DNA from: Paraspadella gotoi
Lineage: Eukaryota; Animalia; Chaetognatha
Direction: 5' to 3'
Assembly (NCBI GenBank): GCA_051294375.1
Contig: CM119267.1
Location: 9,077,709 to 9,141,708 of the forward strand
Length of the DNA stretch: 64,000 nt
In this document: positions 34,501 through 47,600 of the stretch, one piece after another
Layout: each line of letters opens with the position of its first letter
Numbering within the stretch: position 1 is the stretch's first letter
Program-made: the position numbers and the translations under genes
Notes under the pieces: generated by a model
Databases searched by the model: none
The model's input: the letters and a program-made list of their open reading frames with translations, nothing else
What the model was told of the DNA's origin: nothing

Positions 34501-36196
34501 AGCAAGCATTCCTCTTATTTAAAGAAAAGGAGGATTGGTGTCGGGAGACAATCAGTAAGGAAGACATTACGACTCATGCTTTGAGTCTTCCTTTTCATAT
34601 GAGGTACTATCTTCTTAAATTAATCAAAAAGAAAGCCGTAGGCACTGTTGTATTGTAATTTTTTTTTTTTTTTTTTTTTTGAAAAAAAAATTTTAATCTA
34701 AAACGCATATTTCGTAGGCGTTATACGGAAGGGTGGTCCTGTGTGAAAATCCTCGACTACGGGGTCGACCTCTTGGAGAGACGAAAGGATTATCCCAATG
34801 CCTGCGATCTTCTAGAAACGCTTTTGACACAAAACGTTTACTGTTCGGATTCTCGAGGAAAGTGGTACGATCGCTTAACCCTTAATCTGGATTATCATTC
34901 GCGTAATCCGAACTTGGCGTGGGAAAAGGTGATCGAGGCTTTAAAGGACGAGAAGGTCCGATTGGGTCGAAGGCTCAGCGTGTTCACTCGCGGCCAAAAA
35001 TTGTCCAAAAAAGAAAAATTCAATTTGGACGTTTTACCCAAGGTAAATTAGTAAATCTGTAAATCTGTCATAATTGTAATATGAACTATTAGGATCTTCT
35101 ATTTCAATTTTTCTCTTAGGATTTGCACATGGATATCCGAAAGGCTCCGAAGCGCACAATCACCGGGACTCTTGTCCCTGGCATGACCGGCTTTTACGTT
35201 TCTCCAATCGTATCAACGACGCCGAGGAAGTCCCCAAGTGTCGATAAAAATGGTTTCGAAGCGATCAGAGTCGAGGAATTCACTCTGAGATATTACAAAA
35301 ACAATCTGGGATATTCCGAAGGTAAAATACAAGATCTGCAAGTTAAAAGCCTTATTACGAGAATTTATTTTACGTGGTTGTTTTCTATTAAAACTTAAAT
35401 AGGCATTCATAGCGAAGGTTCCATATTCTTCGCGATTTACGTGCTTTTGTTTTGGGACGTGATCTTCATGTCGGGCATTCCCGACGTATTCTGGAATCCC
35501 TATCAGTCGATGCCGCTCGACCTCTTTACCGACGATTTTTATGCTCATCGCAAATCCCAGATAGATAATCGGAATGCTGAGATCGAAGCCGCCGACGAGG
35601 GAGAGCTATGTCGGCGCATTGAGTCTGCCTGGGAATCCCACCAAGGAACCAGGGTAGCTGGCATCAATTGGGAAAGGTTTGCGACGACATGGCGAAGCTC
35701 GTTTGTTTTATAGTTGAAATCAACTGCATTAGTAAATGTTTTTTAAGATTCGAATCCTTTACACTCTTCACCGATTTGATCGTTGCAATGGGTGCCACGG
35801 CAGGAAAACATCTTGCCGCCATATTCCATCGCCTTGCGATAAACCTGCGCCACTCCAGAAGCGGCATGCCGGATCTCTGTATGTGGAATTCTGACACCAA
35901 GCGGTGGATCTTAGTGGAAGTCAAGGGTCCGAACGACCGCTTATCCACTAAACAGGTTGAAATTCTGTAATTTTTTGTGCTTGTATAAAAATCGCTAATG
36001 AATATTTAAATTTCTGTAGATGTTATGGCTGGATTACTTTCTTTCTTCTGATATTCCCTGTGAAGTTTGTCACGTGATTGTTGTTTCTGGCAAGAAGTTA
36101 AAAAGGAAAGGGGCCTCGCCTTCAAAAAATGAAAACGTCAAAACCGAAAATTTGGAGTCAAAGTCAGATATGCAACTGTCAGCAGCTACTCTGTGA
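31561..36196 (+). CDS. FAN1: Fanconi-associated nuclease 1 (UBZ, SAP, TPR, VRR-NUC; 8 exons)
   Basis: UBZ CPICQ..INGHIDSGC; LFVRLFQRKHRW; RGKWYDRLTLNL; GIHSEGS; RSGMPDLCMW...LVEVKGPNDRLSTKQ|MLWL. Confidence 0.96.
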
Positions 36197-36359
36197 TATT
36201 CCTATTATTTGACAGATGCTTACTTTTAGTTAATAAGTTCTACCGTTTTTACAGTTTCCACAAGTGACTGTCATATTTTATATTCGTGTACTTTTTTGGG
36301 CGTATTCCATCGCGATTGTTTTATCTGATTATTTTTTATTTCATTTTTCAAGTTTAAAA

Positions 36360-37812
36360 ATGCTTACCGCTCTGCTGTTAACGATAGTGACCGCATTAGC
36401 GTCGGTTCGTTGCGACACTCCGGCCGATTGTCGATACGAGGACATCCGGGGAAAATGGTTGTTGCATCGTAGCGAAACTACAGGCGGGACGGGCGTCAAC
36501 TGCTCTAAGGTTGGCCCTCTCAACAATCCTTATGTAGTCGAGCTTTTTTATCCCGATATCGCCGTCGATGAATACGGCAACGAGGGCTTCTGGACTCTCA
36601 TTTACAATCAAGGCTTTGAAATCGTCGTCGGGGGGAGAAAATTTTTTGCTTTTTCGAAATACGTAGTCCATGGAAAAAACGTCACCTCGTATTGCGGAGA
36701 GACGCTGATCGGGTGGACGCATAACGTTCTCGGCCGAAACTGGGGCTGCTACGTGGCTAATAAAACGACACCTGTGGCGCCACGAATTCATTCTCACCCA
36801 TTGCTTTCGACTCCTTCACCATTTTTGTTAGCCAACCATCATCTTCGAAAGGAGGGATTTGATAAGAAGCTCAATTCAGCCCAAAAATCGTGGATTGCCG
36901 CGCCTAGCAAGCTCAAAGTGGATAGCTTCGAAGAAGCTTTGACGCTTGCCGGGGGAAGAGGCTCGATGCTTCTTACAAAACCGTCCCCGATCTCTTCTTC
37001 GAAGACGATCCAAAAGATTGCATCCAGTTTACCGACGCAATGGGACTGGCGTAATGTCAGCGGCATCAATTACCTTTCCCCTGTTAGAAATCAAGGTTCG
37101 ACGTATTTGTTTTTCAATTTTGCGTAGCCTTTATAATAGATGGTGTATTTTCTTGTTAGGCTCTTGCGGATCTTGCTACGCTTTCGCTTCCATGGCCATG
37201 TTAGAGAGCCGTTTAAGAATTCTGACTAACAATGAGGCTTCTGACGTTCTTTCTCCTCAAGACGTCGTAGAATGCTCCAAGTATTCGCAAGGCTGCAGCG
37301 GAGGTTTCCCCTACCTCATTTCTGGAAAATACGCTGAAGATTTTGGTGTCGTGGAGGAAGTCTGCAACCCTTATAAGGGTCTCGACGGTCACTGCTCTAC
37401 CGCACCCGTTTGTCCCCCTCGTAGGTTTGCCACCAAATACAAGTATGTTGGGGGATACTACGGTGGATGTAGTGAGGAAGCACTCATGGTCCAGTTGGTC
37501 AAGAACGGACCCATCGTCGTGGGTTTTCAAGTCTACCAGGACTTTTTGCTTTACCACGGCGGAATATACCACCACGTCGAAGCCCTGGAATTTGTCCCTG
37601 AAAATTTAAAAAAATTTTACCCTTTCGAGTTGACAAATCACGCCGTTTTATTGGTGGGATACGGTGTAGACGAAAATACCAAAGAAAAGTATTGGATCGT
37701 GAAGAATAGTTGGGGAACCTCTTGGGGCTTGGACGGCTATTTCAAAATTCGTAAGGGTACTGACGAGTGCGGCATCGAGAGTTGCGGCTTGGAGTCCTTT
37801 CCCATTTTGTAA
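36360..37812 (+). CDS. CTSC: Cathepsin C / dipeptidyl peptidase I (exons 36360-37095, 37160-37812)
   Basis: Signal peptide, DTPADC exclusion domain, [43 protein letters not shown]. Confidence 0.97.
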
Positions 37813-38056
37813 CTGAACCAGCGTTTTTATCTACATATGGTTTTGGAATTTTATCCTTATTTAACCGAAATTAGTTCTCATCAATAGTTGCATATGTGAT
37901 ACTTGGTTGAAAAATATTTGTTATACCAATTTCTCTGTGTAGCAAACTTTTGATTACTTTCCTAATTTATGTTCGATTGTTTCGATCTTTTTTACGCATT
38001 AAACTGACACTTTTTTATTTAAAAAAAAATATTTTGCAGGGAAGTCATGGAAAAAA

Positions 38057-39729
38057 ATGACTTCTAATCAAAACGAGTTGGCATGTTTGTTTATCAGAGA
38101 GCATTTTGGAGAGATTGTGGAATCTGTTCTCTCCGTCTTGCTAAAAAGAGGAAGACAGAACCTGAGTCAACTTCAACATAACTTGCCCTTGAAACAAAAT
38201 GTATACAAAGTTCGTACTTCCTTGAAAGTGCTCTTGCAGCACGGAATGATCTTTTTCGAAAAACACCCAAAGGGTTACGCCGAGTATTTAGCTGATCTTC
38301 CCCGTATATTAATGATTCTGAAATATCCTCAAATGATATTGGCAGCTAAAGAAATGTACGGCGACGACGCCGAAGTTATCGTCGAAGAGATGCTACAGAA
38401 AGGATGCATGACGATGGTCCAGGTGATTTCCCTACTCTTTCCTTATCGATTTTTTGTCGACTTTAAACGGATCATATGCTCTAGGTTGTGTCCCGCGTCA
38501 CGGATCGACTAAACGCCGCCATGGAGGCAGAAGGCGAACCTCGCGTTCCCTACTCTCAAGTCCAAGAGACTTTTAGAAATCTCGTCAAGTGTCAGTTCTT
38601 GGAACGAGTTCCCCGCCCTAAGACGGAACCTTCTATGATGATTTCTTCTTTCGAACGCGTGGATCGCTTCAGCATTCCCGACGTCAACATCGCCGAACTC
38701 ATGAGCGAACGAAAACGGAAGCGAGAAGCGGATTCATCTCCCAGTTCCCTGCCGCCGAACAAGCGCCGTCGGGTTGCGGGCGACCACCGCGCCGCCGACG
38801 ACGGCGTTTATTGGAGAATGAATCACGAGAGGTTCGATCTTCTTTTCCGAGATCGCTTGCTGGCCAAAGCCGTGGGAAATCGTCTCGACGAAATGGCAGC
38901 AGAGATATTTCGTGCCATGCTGCGTCTCAACGAGACGACGAGCGACGCTTGGTCGGAGACTTCGGCGATGCAGTCCTCCATTGACATATTTCGGGAACTG
39001 CCTGCAGAGCTCAATCTCGACACTGAGCGATTCCAGCAGCACGTCAACCTCCTGGCCGAGGATCGTTTCGAGTTTGTCGTCAAGGCGAGCGACACTGCCG
39101 CTGGTTCCACCTTCGTCATTAACCTTCGAAGAGCTATCTCCAACCTCGCGGCCGGACATATTGAGTCCTTTGTGCAGGAACGTTTCGGAGCCAAGGCACT
39201 AAGGATATTCCGCATGCTGCGTTCGAAAGGTCACTTGGAGCAACACAAGATCGAGGAGGCAGCAATGATGCCGGCGAAGGAGGCCAAAGACATTTGCTAT
39301 CAAATGTTCGCCGAGAATGTGCTCACGCTGACGGAAATTCCTCGTACCCCCGATCACGCTCCTTCGAGGACAATTTATCTCTTTTACCTTAACTTTGACT
39401 ACACTGCCCGTCTGCTGTTAGACCGGTCCTACAAAGCGGCCCTGAATCTCAAGCGTCGTTGGCAGAACGAGACTGAGCAGCATGGTAGAATACTGGACAA
39501 ACAGTGCAAAGTGGATGGAATTTACGCCATGCTTCAGCAGAACGGTGCCGACGACGAGCAACTGAGGGAGGTGACCGAGATGCTGTCGACCGTGGAAAGG
39601 GAACAGTTGAAAAAGGTCAAAACCTATCGTGATAAGTTGGAACGAAGCGAACTTTTGTTAGCAGACACGATGCTGATTGTAGAACAATACCTAAAAATGG
39701 AATCGCGATACGCTTGCCCGAAAAAATGA
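38057..39729 (+). CDS. POLR3C: RNA polymerase III subunit RPC3/RPC62 (exons 38057-38422, 38485-39729)
   Basis: EHFGEIVE, DDGVYWRMNHERF, VQERFGAKALRIFR, AMMPAKEAK, EIPRTPDHAPSRTIYLF. Confidence 0.95.
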
Positions 39730-39842
39730 TCTAAATTATTTTCGAATGGTTTTTTTTATGATTAGACTATTTTCTTTCTTACGTATGTGAAAACATTTTT
39801 TGTTAGACCGTTTCTTAAGTTTATGCAAGTTACAAACTCAAA

Positions 39843-40386
39843 ATGTCTAACGGAAAAGAGAAAGAGGCGGCTTGCAGTCCCGTTAGGGAGCCTCTGATGG
39901 CCCCGCCGCCCTACGATCAGGCGGTTCTGCCGAGAGACGACGCCTCATCCTGCCCGCCCTACGTAAATCTGGCGCCCCCTATTAACTCGCCGCCCGGCAT
40001 AGTCTATCAGTACATGACGCCGATAGAAGTGACGCAATCCGAGGCGCCCGACCACATGCTCATGGCAATTTTGGCGACAATTTTTTGTTGCATGCCCCTC
40101 GGCGTAGTCGCAATATTCAAGGCGGCAGGTAATTTTGTGGACCAGGAATAAATTTTAAAGAATCTTTGATTATTTTTCATCTTTTTTATTTATTTAAGAA
40201 TGCAAAGCTCAGAGAGCTCGCGGAAATCGAGAAGCGGCGTTGAAAAACTCCGCATCGGCGCGTCGCTATTCGTTGTGGGCTTTCGGCGTTGGTTTCGTCT
40301 TCTTCATTCTAATCGTCGTTTTGTACGGGATCCACATGGCCAACTTCATCCGGCGCGTACGCGAGCTCAACGAGAGGCCTCACTGA
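39843..40386 (+). CDS. CD225/dispanin-family membrane protein (PRRT1-like; 2 exons)
   Basis: PPPY motif; PDHMLMAILATIFCCMPLGVVAIFKAA|ECK...ALKNSASARRYSLWAFGVG + TM helix. Confidence 0.88.
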
Positions 40387-41093
40387 ATCTCGTAATGACG
40401 ATTTTTCATCTAGAAAAATCCTCGGCGAATTTTATCGTATTGGTTTTCTTTCTTAGTTTGTACTTCGTTAAATTAAAATTTAATCACGTTTTCAACAAAA
40501 AAATTACCGTTTCATATTTTTCTTCAAGAAAAACTGATTCCAGTATACCAATCAATTTGTCCAAATATTTTTTTCCGGCGCTGAGGTAACACGTTTTTGT
40601 ATCATGTTCGCTTCCATGTTTACGATATTGACAATTGGTAATTTCTCCACAAATGGTGACGCGCTCCGCTGTTCAGCTCTATGAACGGCGTAAATACTGC
40701 AACATGGAACGGTGTTTCAAAATTTATTTTAAAAATGGTGATTGGCCAGTTTAATCAGTAACAATATATTCCGTTAACTCTTCTTGATATACTGTGTAGC
40801 TGAATGTTTCACTTCAGTAATTTTTTATTTGGTTTGGTTAAGCTTCATTTATTTTTTAGTCGGATCCGTTTTTTCTTTTATTTGGATTCAAATGGTAAAC
40901 CAATGACATATATTGTCAAGAATTGTCCTGCTTATAATGGAATGCACGGTTTTGTATTACTTTTCTTTGTAAATTCTCTCCATTTTTATTTTGCTTCAGC
41001 AATTTCTTTGATCTCAAATACTAAATTTGCAACGCGATGTCAAACAATTTATCTAAAATTGTGCAGTGCAGATTCCATAGACAATAGGGGATA

Positions 41094-43795
41094 ATGGCTA
41101 TGGAAAAAAAGTTGCGCATCATGTCTTGGTGTTTAGACCATGACGACGACGATGAAAACATTATGGACGGTTCCAAACAAAAATCATTCATGAAAAATAC
41201 TGGGGCACCTGTCGTTATAATGGGAGGTGGACTGAGCGAATACCAGGGCGAAGAACTCGTAATGCTTTGCCGAAAGGCCATCGCGACGCGCAATTTAGAC
41301 CCCGAAAAGGGCCCTTATAACGTTCGTGTTCTGACCGAGCCCAACAAAAAGAAGCGAAAAGGCAAGAAAAACTTCAGCTCCGACGCAACTTCTGAGCATA
41401 TTCCTTGACACTTGTGCTAATAACAGAAACTGAAAGTCTTACTATATTCGCTTTACTTGTAGGCCGTCTCGTCTACTCTGATCTTTTGGTGTTTCAAGGC
41501 CAAATAATCGAGCGTATCAACGGGCATCTGTACGAATCGGGCTACTTGCCGAAAGATTACCAGAACCAAGCTGGGCCGCGATACGAATGGACTGCCGTCG
41601 AGTCCCTTGCTCAGAAAAATCGGAAGCGGGACGCCGAGAAAAAGTTGATTCGTTACTTTGATCTCTACCGTTCCGTGGAGGATCCCATGCCGGCGTTAGC
41701 GCTTAGATGCGGTACTCAGATGACTCCTCGTCAAGAGGAATGGTAAGAAGTGAATTAAGATATGAACACGAACCAGAAGGTAAACTATTGTGACTCCGTT
41801 CCTGGTACTAGGTATTTTCTTCGAACGGCCGAGTATTACTCTTTAGCTGACAGGAATGAGGTCCGTTGCTGGACGGTCGGATTTCCGAAAAGGACGACGA
41901 GGGAAGAATTGCGCAGCTACTTCAGGTAAACGCTCCTGACTTTAAATTATTTCCGGTTTCATTTCTCTTCCGTATTCACCTGTTGTAGTCGTTACGGCTT
42001 CGTGGAAGATGTTCAATTGCGGCTTGAAGTTGAACTTCGTTCGAAAGATGAAACCGAATTTTTGCCGCCTTTTGCATTCATATTCTTCACCAATGCCGAT
42101 TTCATGGAGGAGGCTGTCGCTTCGAGTCCGCATGACTTTCATGGCTGCTCCATTAACCTTTTCCAAATGGACATGTAGGCCCTACCATGATCGTTCAATA
42201 ACCTAAAACTGCTGTTAAGTCTTAATTGTAAACGATTTATCAGGCGAATCGGTAGGAGCACGCCCCGACATACTCTGTCAGACTTGGAACGTGACCATTT
42301 CGACCTATTGGGGACAACTGTTTTAATAGGAGACGACGACTACAAGAAAATACAGGAAGAAAATAGAAGAGAGTGGAAGCCATCGAAGAACGGTGTCGAT
42401 GACTCTGCGGGAGACGGTGTCTCGGAGAAAAATAAAGGACCAAGAAAGAAAAAAAACAAGGGAGATTTAATCTCCAGCAATTTCGTGGCCGACGTTCTCA
42501 TAGAGGAACAGTTGGCGCGGACAAGGCGTAGGATTGTAGATTTTGACGAGGACTTCTCCCTTTACCGACGATCTTTGGATCGCGTCAAATATCTCGGACC
42601 GCCGGAGCCCCCTTCGGGTTCCGATTCGGATTCCGAGGAAGGCAACGAAAATGATTCGGACACTCTGCTTGACTCAATGGATCCGAGTTTCAAAAAATTT
42701 ATTCTCGACCGGATTTCTCAGAATCCCATTAACTCCAAAAAAATGGAAGAATTTTACAATAATATTCCGTCCTGCTATCAAAGTTGTATCAAAAGAGATA
42801 ATCTTTGCTACGATTGCCTCCGGTGCCTTCAAATGAGTCAGGTGTTCTTGGAGGCGAATCGAATGCAGGAGATCTCGTTGAGGGATTTTGTCGAGGAAGA
42901 GTCGGAGCGAAAAATAAAGGAGGATTTACTTAACTGGGCCTTGTATTCTAGAGGAATAATTGGCAAAAATCCCCGGCCAAAAGAAGACGAAGAAATTGAT
43001 GTATTTCGATCCCTTGCTCCAGTCGATGAGGGTTCCCTGTATTCCTTCAATATAAAAGGGAAGAGGTGTTTAACTAACGATCCGTCAATATTCTATAAAC
43101 CCATTAATGATAAGCTAAATCAAATTCCTTTTGATAGCGAAAGGGGCCGAACTTTAAGAGCCAGATTAAAATCTTATTTAACTGAAGGCAAAACCTTTAC
43201 AAAAGCTTCAACCGAGCGTCGTGATTCTTCTTCTTCTTCTTTGAAAAGTAAAGTGCCAACAGTTGATATAGAAGAGTCTGACTACATGGATCAGAGTTTA
43301 CAGTTAGAAGGGAAAGATGGGGCAGAAATTGAGGCTAAAGAACAACATGAAATTAATTCAAAAGCAACAAATCTTAAAATTGATGAATCGCACAGATCAC
43401 CTGCTAGTGACGAATTAGACAAAAAAGTTTCTGAAAGCACTATTTTTAATAGGCCAGATACGGAATCGTGCGACTCGGTATCACAAACGTCAGAACACAA
43501 GATTTTATCCGTTGCGGAAGTCGCCCCCGAAGTTGATTGTCAAACGTGTCCTACCTATGACGGGTCTTCTTCGACAGATAACTGCGTTTCATCTAAGAAA
43601 GTCAAACTTCGTCAGTGTTCGTGGATTGAGTGCCAAAAATGGGAAACGTCGTCCAAGACATTTAAGAAGTGCGAGAAATGTCATAAATCGAAAATTAAAT
43701 TGCCTCGATATTATTGTGGAGTTGACTGTCAGATGGATGACTGGAAATCAACACATAAAGAGGAGCATAGAAAATGGAAAAAAACTGATCAATAA
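41094..43795 (+). CDS. Uncharacterised protein with an RRM-like domain and C-terminal MYND-type zinc finger (5 exons)
   Basis: Spliced RRM: CWTVGFPKRTTREELRSYFS|RYGFVEDV...PFAFIFF; C-terminal CSWIEC...KKCEKC...YYCGVDCQMDDWKSTHKEEH. Confidence 0.72.
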
Positions 43796-44050
43796 AAAAC
43801 ATTCACAGATACGAAGTTTTCCAGTCTCAAAGTCTACATTATTCCGAAGATTTTTAATTGACATCTCTTTTTGGTGTCTTTTGAAATTATTATCTAGTCA
43901 CTTTAGAATTTCTAAGTTTTCTTTTTTGTAAACTATTTTACAAAATGCGCTTAACTGTTTGTTGGTTTATTGTTATATTTACTTTTTGGTTACCTTTGGA
44001 ATTTACAAATCAACGTAATTAAATTTTAATCGGCCTTAATAACTTTGAAA

Positions 44051-44521
44051 ATGTTGCAATCGGGTGTTGCTCGCACGGAAGAATCAGATAGTTTTATTAA
44101 CAATGAATTAGTTGACAGTTCTGGTGTGAACGAGAGTCGCTGGGCCAAGATTATTCTCTACCTTGCCCCGTTATCCCTGGTTCTAGTGGTTATAATTGTT
44201 GTCTGTTCGGTCAAAGCTTGGAATCGAGTTTCAAGAATGCAAGATCTGCGAGGAAAACTAGATGATATGGATTTACAAAGGTTTGTATGATTTAAGGAAT
44301 CAATTATTCGTCAAACGACGAGCATAGGTTGTAAATTGCTTTTACTGTGGGCTAGCAGTATCGATGTCGACAAGGAATCTTCAAAAGAAGATGCACCAGA
44401 TCTGAGAGATGGACAAAAGTTGCTCGAGAAGTATTGGTATAAAAAACGGACTGGTCGGTTGGAGGCAGAAATGCAGTTTGTTTTGGGACTCAATTTAAAT
44501 TGTAATCGTCACGATTTTTGA
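44051..44521 (+). CDS. Small single-pass membrane protein, unknown family (2 exons)
   Basis: ATG ORF with TM segment IILYLAPLSLVLVVIIVVCSV; GT (44281)-AG (~44355) intron joins the second ORF in frame. Confidence 0.55.
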
Positions 44522-44623
44522 GAATTTTAATCTGTTGACCATTTTTTTGAAGGGCTTTAGTTAACGATATACTTCGCCATTAAACAGTAAACTCAGGATT
44601 TTTTCCTGGAATAACTTTTAATC

Positions 44624-47600
44624 ATGGCGGGCAACTCGGGTATGGAGCAGTTGATCCCAATCGTAAATCGGCTGCAGGACGCCTTTGCCCAAATGGGGCT
44701 ACCACTGACGCTCGACCTTCCTCAAATTGCAGTCGTCGGCAGCCAATCGGCGGGAAAAAGCAGCGTCCTCGAAAACTTCGTCGGTCGCGACTTTCTCCCA
44801 AGGGGATCCGGGATCGTCACTAGGCGACCTCTCGTTCTGCAACTCATACACAGCAGTTCTGAATACGCCGAGTTTCTACACAAGAAAGGTTAAGCTGTAA
44901 ATGTAACTATAAATGTCATTAATGTAATCTAATGTTTCCAATTCATTAAACATCAGGTCAATTCTTCTCTGATTTCGGCCAAGTTCGACTCGAGATTGAA
45001 ACCGAAACAGACCGCGCCACGGGCACCAATAAAGGTATCAGCAACATTCCAATAAATCTGCGCGTCTATTCTCCCCACGTCCTCAACCTTACGCTCATCG
45101 ATTTGCCCGGAATGACAAAGGTCCCGGTCGGAGACCAACCGCCCGATATAGAAACTCAAATCAGGGATATGATTTTACAGGTTCAAAATCAAAGGCTCTT
45201 TAAAGAGTCTTTACTTAGTACTTGAGTTAAAAATGTAAGATGAAATAAAGAATTCTATATATAGTTCATAACTAAAGACAACTGTCTCATCTTGGCCGTG
45301 TCTCCCGCGAATTCCGATCTGGCAAATTCAGACGCGTTAAAGTTGGCAAAAGAAGTTGATCCCGGAGCAATGAGGACAATAGGAGTCATCACTAAGTTAG
45401 GTTGGTTCTAATACAAAACAAAACAATATAAAGTCAACTATAAGAAATGGTTAATTACCGAAGAAAAAAAAATAAGTACGGGGTTGCGCGGGGTAATTCG
45501 AATCGGGGGTAATTCGGAACACTGACAAATAAAAAAAAAAAATTTATTCAAGGAATTCGAATAATTATTACTGGTGCATTAAATAGTTCAGCAACTTGTC
45601 TTTACATATTTAGATTTGCAGCCTTCCACTCCTGTTGCAACAGCTGCAACAGCAATTTCTAAGATGCTTGTCAAATTTGAGTAGTCGTTTTCAAGTCTCT
45701 GTCACTGTCATATTTGACATAATATTGACAAATTGACAAAATCTTTAGTTATTTGTATAGAGTATTTCAAAAAAATAATTCAATTATTTTTTATTGTCTC
45801 TTCAATAGCTACAATTAAATTGGGGTAAAACGGAACACCTATAAAGTAACGTATTAGTATTAGTGATAATTTAATAAGTAATAATAACAGTTAGCATCAT
45901 TTGTTAAATAATTAGGCGGAAAAATTTATTATACTATTATTATTACAGTAAAAATATATTTTTAGCATTAAATAATATACAAAAATTTGGAATAGAATAT
46001 AACGTTTAAATAAGGTTAAAAAATTAGTGTGTAACAAAATTAATATGAAATTAATATGAATACAAAATATTTGGAAGAGGAAATAAAAAATAAAATTAAA
46101 TTTAAGAAAATAAAAAGGAGGATGGGGCCAAATGTAGTAATGGAGGTCAGGTCTGTTGGGACTAACTTCAAGCGCTAACAACTCGAAAACCGTTTATGGT
46201 ATAAAAAAGGGAATTTATTTGGAAACTAGGCTAATTTTTATTTCAATTGATATGGAAAATGTTTGAAAAATCTCGCGGCAACTCCTGTAATTTTTTGCAT
46301 AACATCTTGAAAGCTTGCAGGAACCTACTATGTCATTATCTTGTAAGAATGATGGAGGCCTTAAACCACCAAAGCCTGTCCAAAGTCAGGGGCATGATAG
46401 CTTATTTATTAAAAGAATGGATAATTTTTATATTGGTTGTACCAATTTCATGTCGTATTATTCCGCACCAGTTCTTTAAAAAACTTTAGGCAATTTTGGT
46501 AAAACTCAAGAAGAAGAAAGTTAACTTCTAACGTTTTACCGCGCAGTTTCTCTGATTGCAATCCCCTGATTAATGATAATGTAGGCTAGAGATGCAGAAT
46601 GTCCCACTCATCCCTTCCAGAACTATCGTCTTTCTGACAGCAGGAATAGTGGCAGGGATGGCAGTATTCCTAACGGGCGGGGTCTCAAAAGCATATGCCT
46701 TTTCTGAACACTTCAAGAAGGTCATGGTCGCCAAAATGGATTGTGTAATCGTGTACCAATTTTCATATAATTCTTTTATTTACCCATCCAAACGAATTTT
46801 AAACTTAGTCTCAAAAGAGCTGGACCTCCCTGTACTATGCGAAAAATTTGATTACTTCGAAAAGTGTTCCGAATTACCTCGCACTTCCCTACATAATACC
46901 ATCGACGGTCAAGAGTGAGTCTTTCGTCGTCATCAATATCTCGAGAAAAAACCGTGTAAAAGTAAATTAAATTTTAAACAAAATCAATGATTAACCACCC
47001 ACCAAATACAGATCTTATGGATGACGGAACCGATGCTCGCGACATTTTAGAAAACAAAACGCTTCCTCTAAGGAGAGGATATATCGGCGTCGTGAACAGA
47101 TCCCAAAAGGACATTGATGGACGGTAATGACAAAAATACGAAACGTTTAAGTGAGAATTGCTGAAATTTCTTATAAACAACAGAAAAGACATCAAGGCGG
47201 CCTTGGCCTCGGAACGAAAATACTTTTTATCCCACCCATCTTACCGACACATGGCGGACCGGATGGGAACCCCGTATCTCCAACGCGTTCTCAATGCGCA
47301 GCTTACGAATCACATCAAGGATACTTTGCCCGCTTTAAGAAATAAACTTCAATCGCAGTTACTGAGCATGGAGAAGGAGGTATAGAAAGATGATTTTTAT
47401 TTTAAGCTACATTTTGTTTGTTTTTATCTTGATTTTTGTAAATTTTTTTCGATGATAAAAATTAATAATATTAATTAATATAATCGTCAGGTAGCGGAAT
47501 ACAAAAGCTTCCGACCGGACGATCCTTCGCGAAAGACCAAGGCTTTGCTACAGATGGTGCAGCAGTTCGGCGTCGACTTTGAAAAAAATATCGAGGGGAC

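Noticed and set aside
46247-46918. ORFs inside the dynamin-intron transposon as a transposase
   Set aside because: Short, interrupted, with no convincing DDE motif
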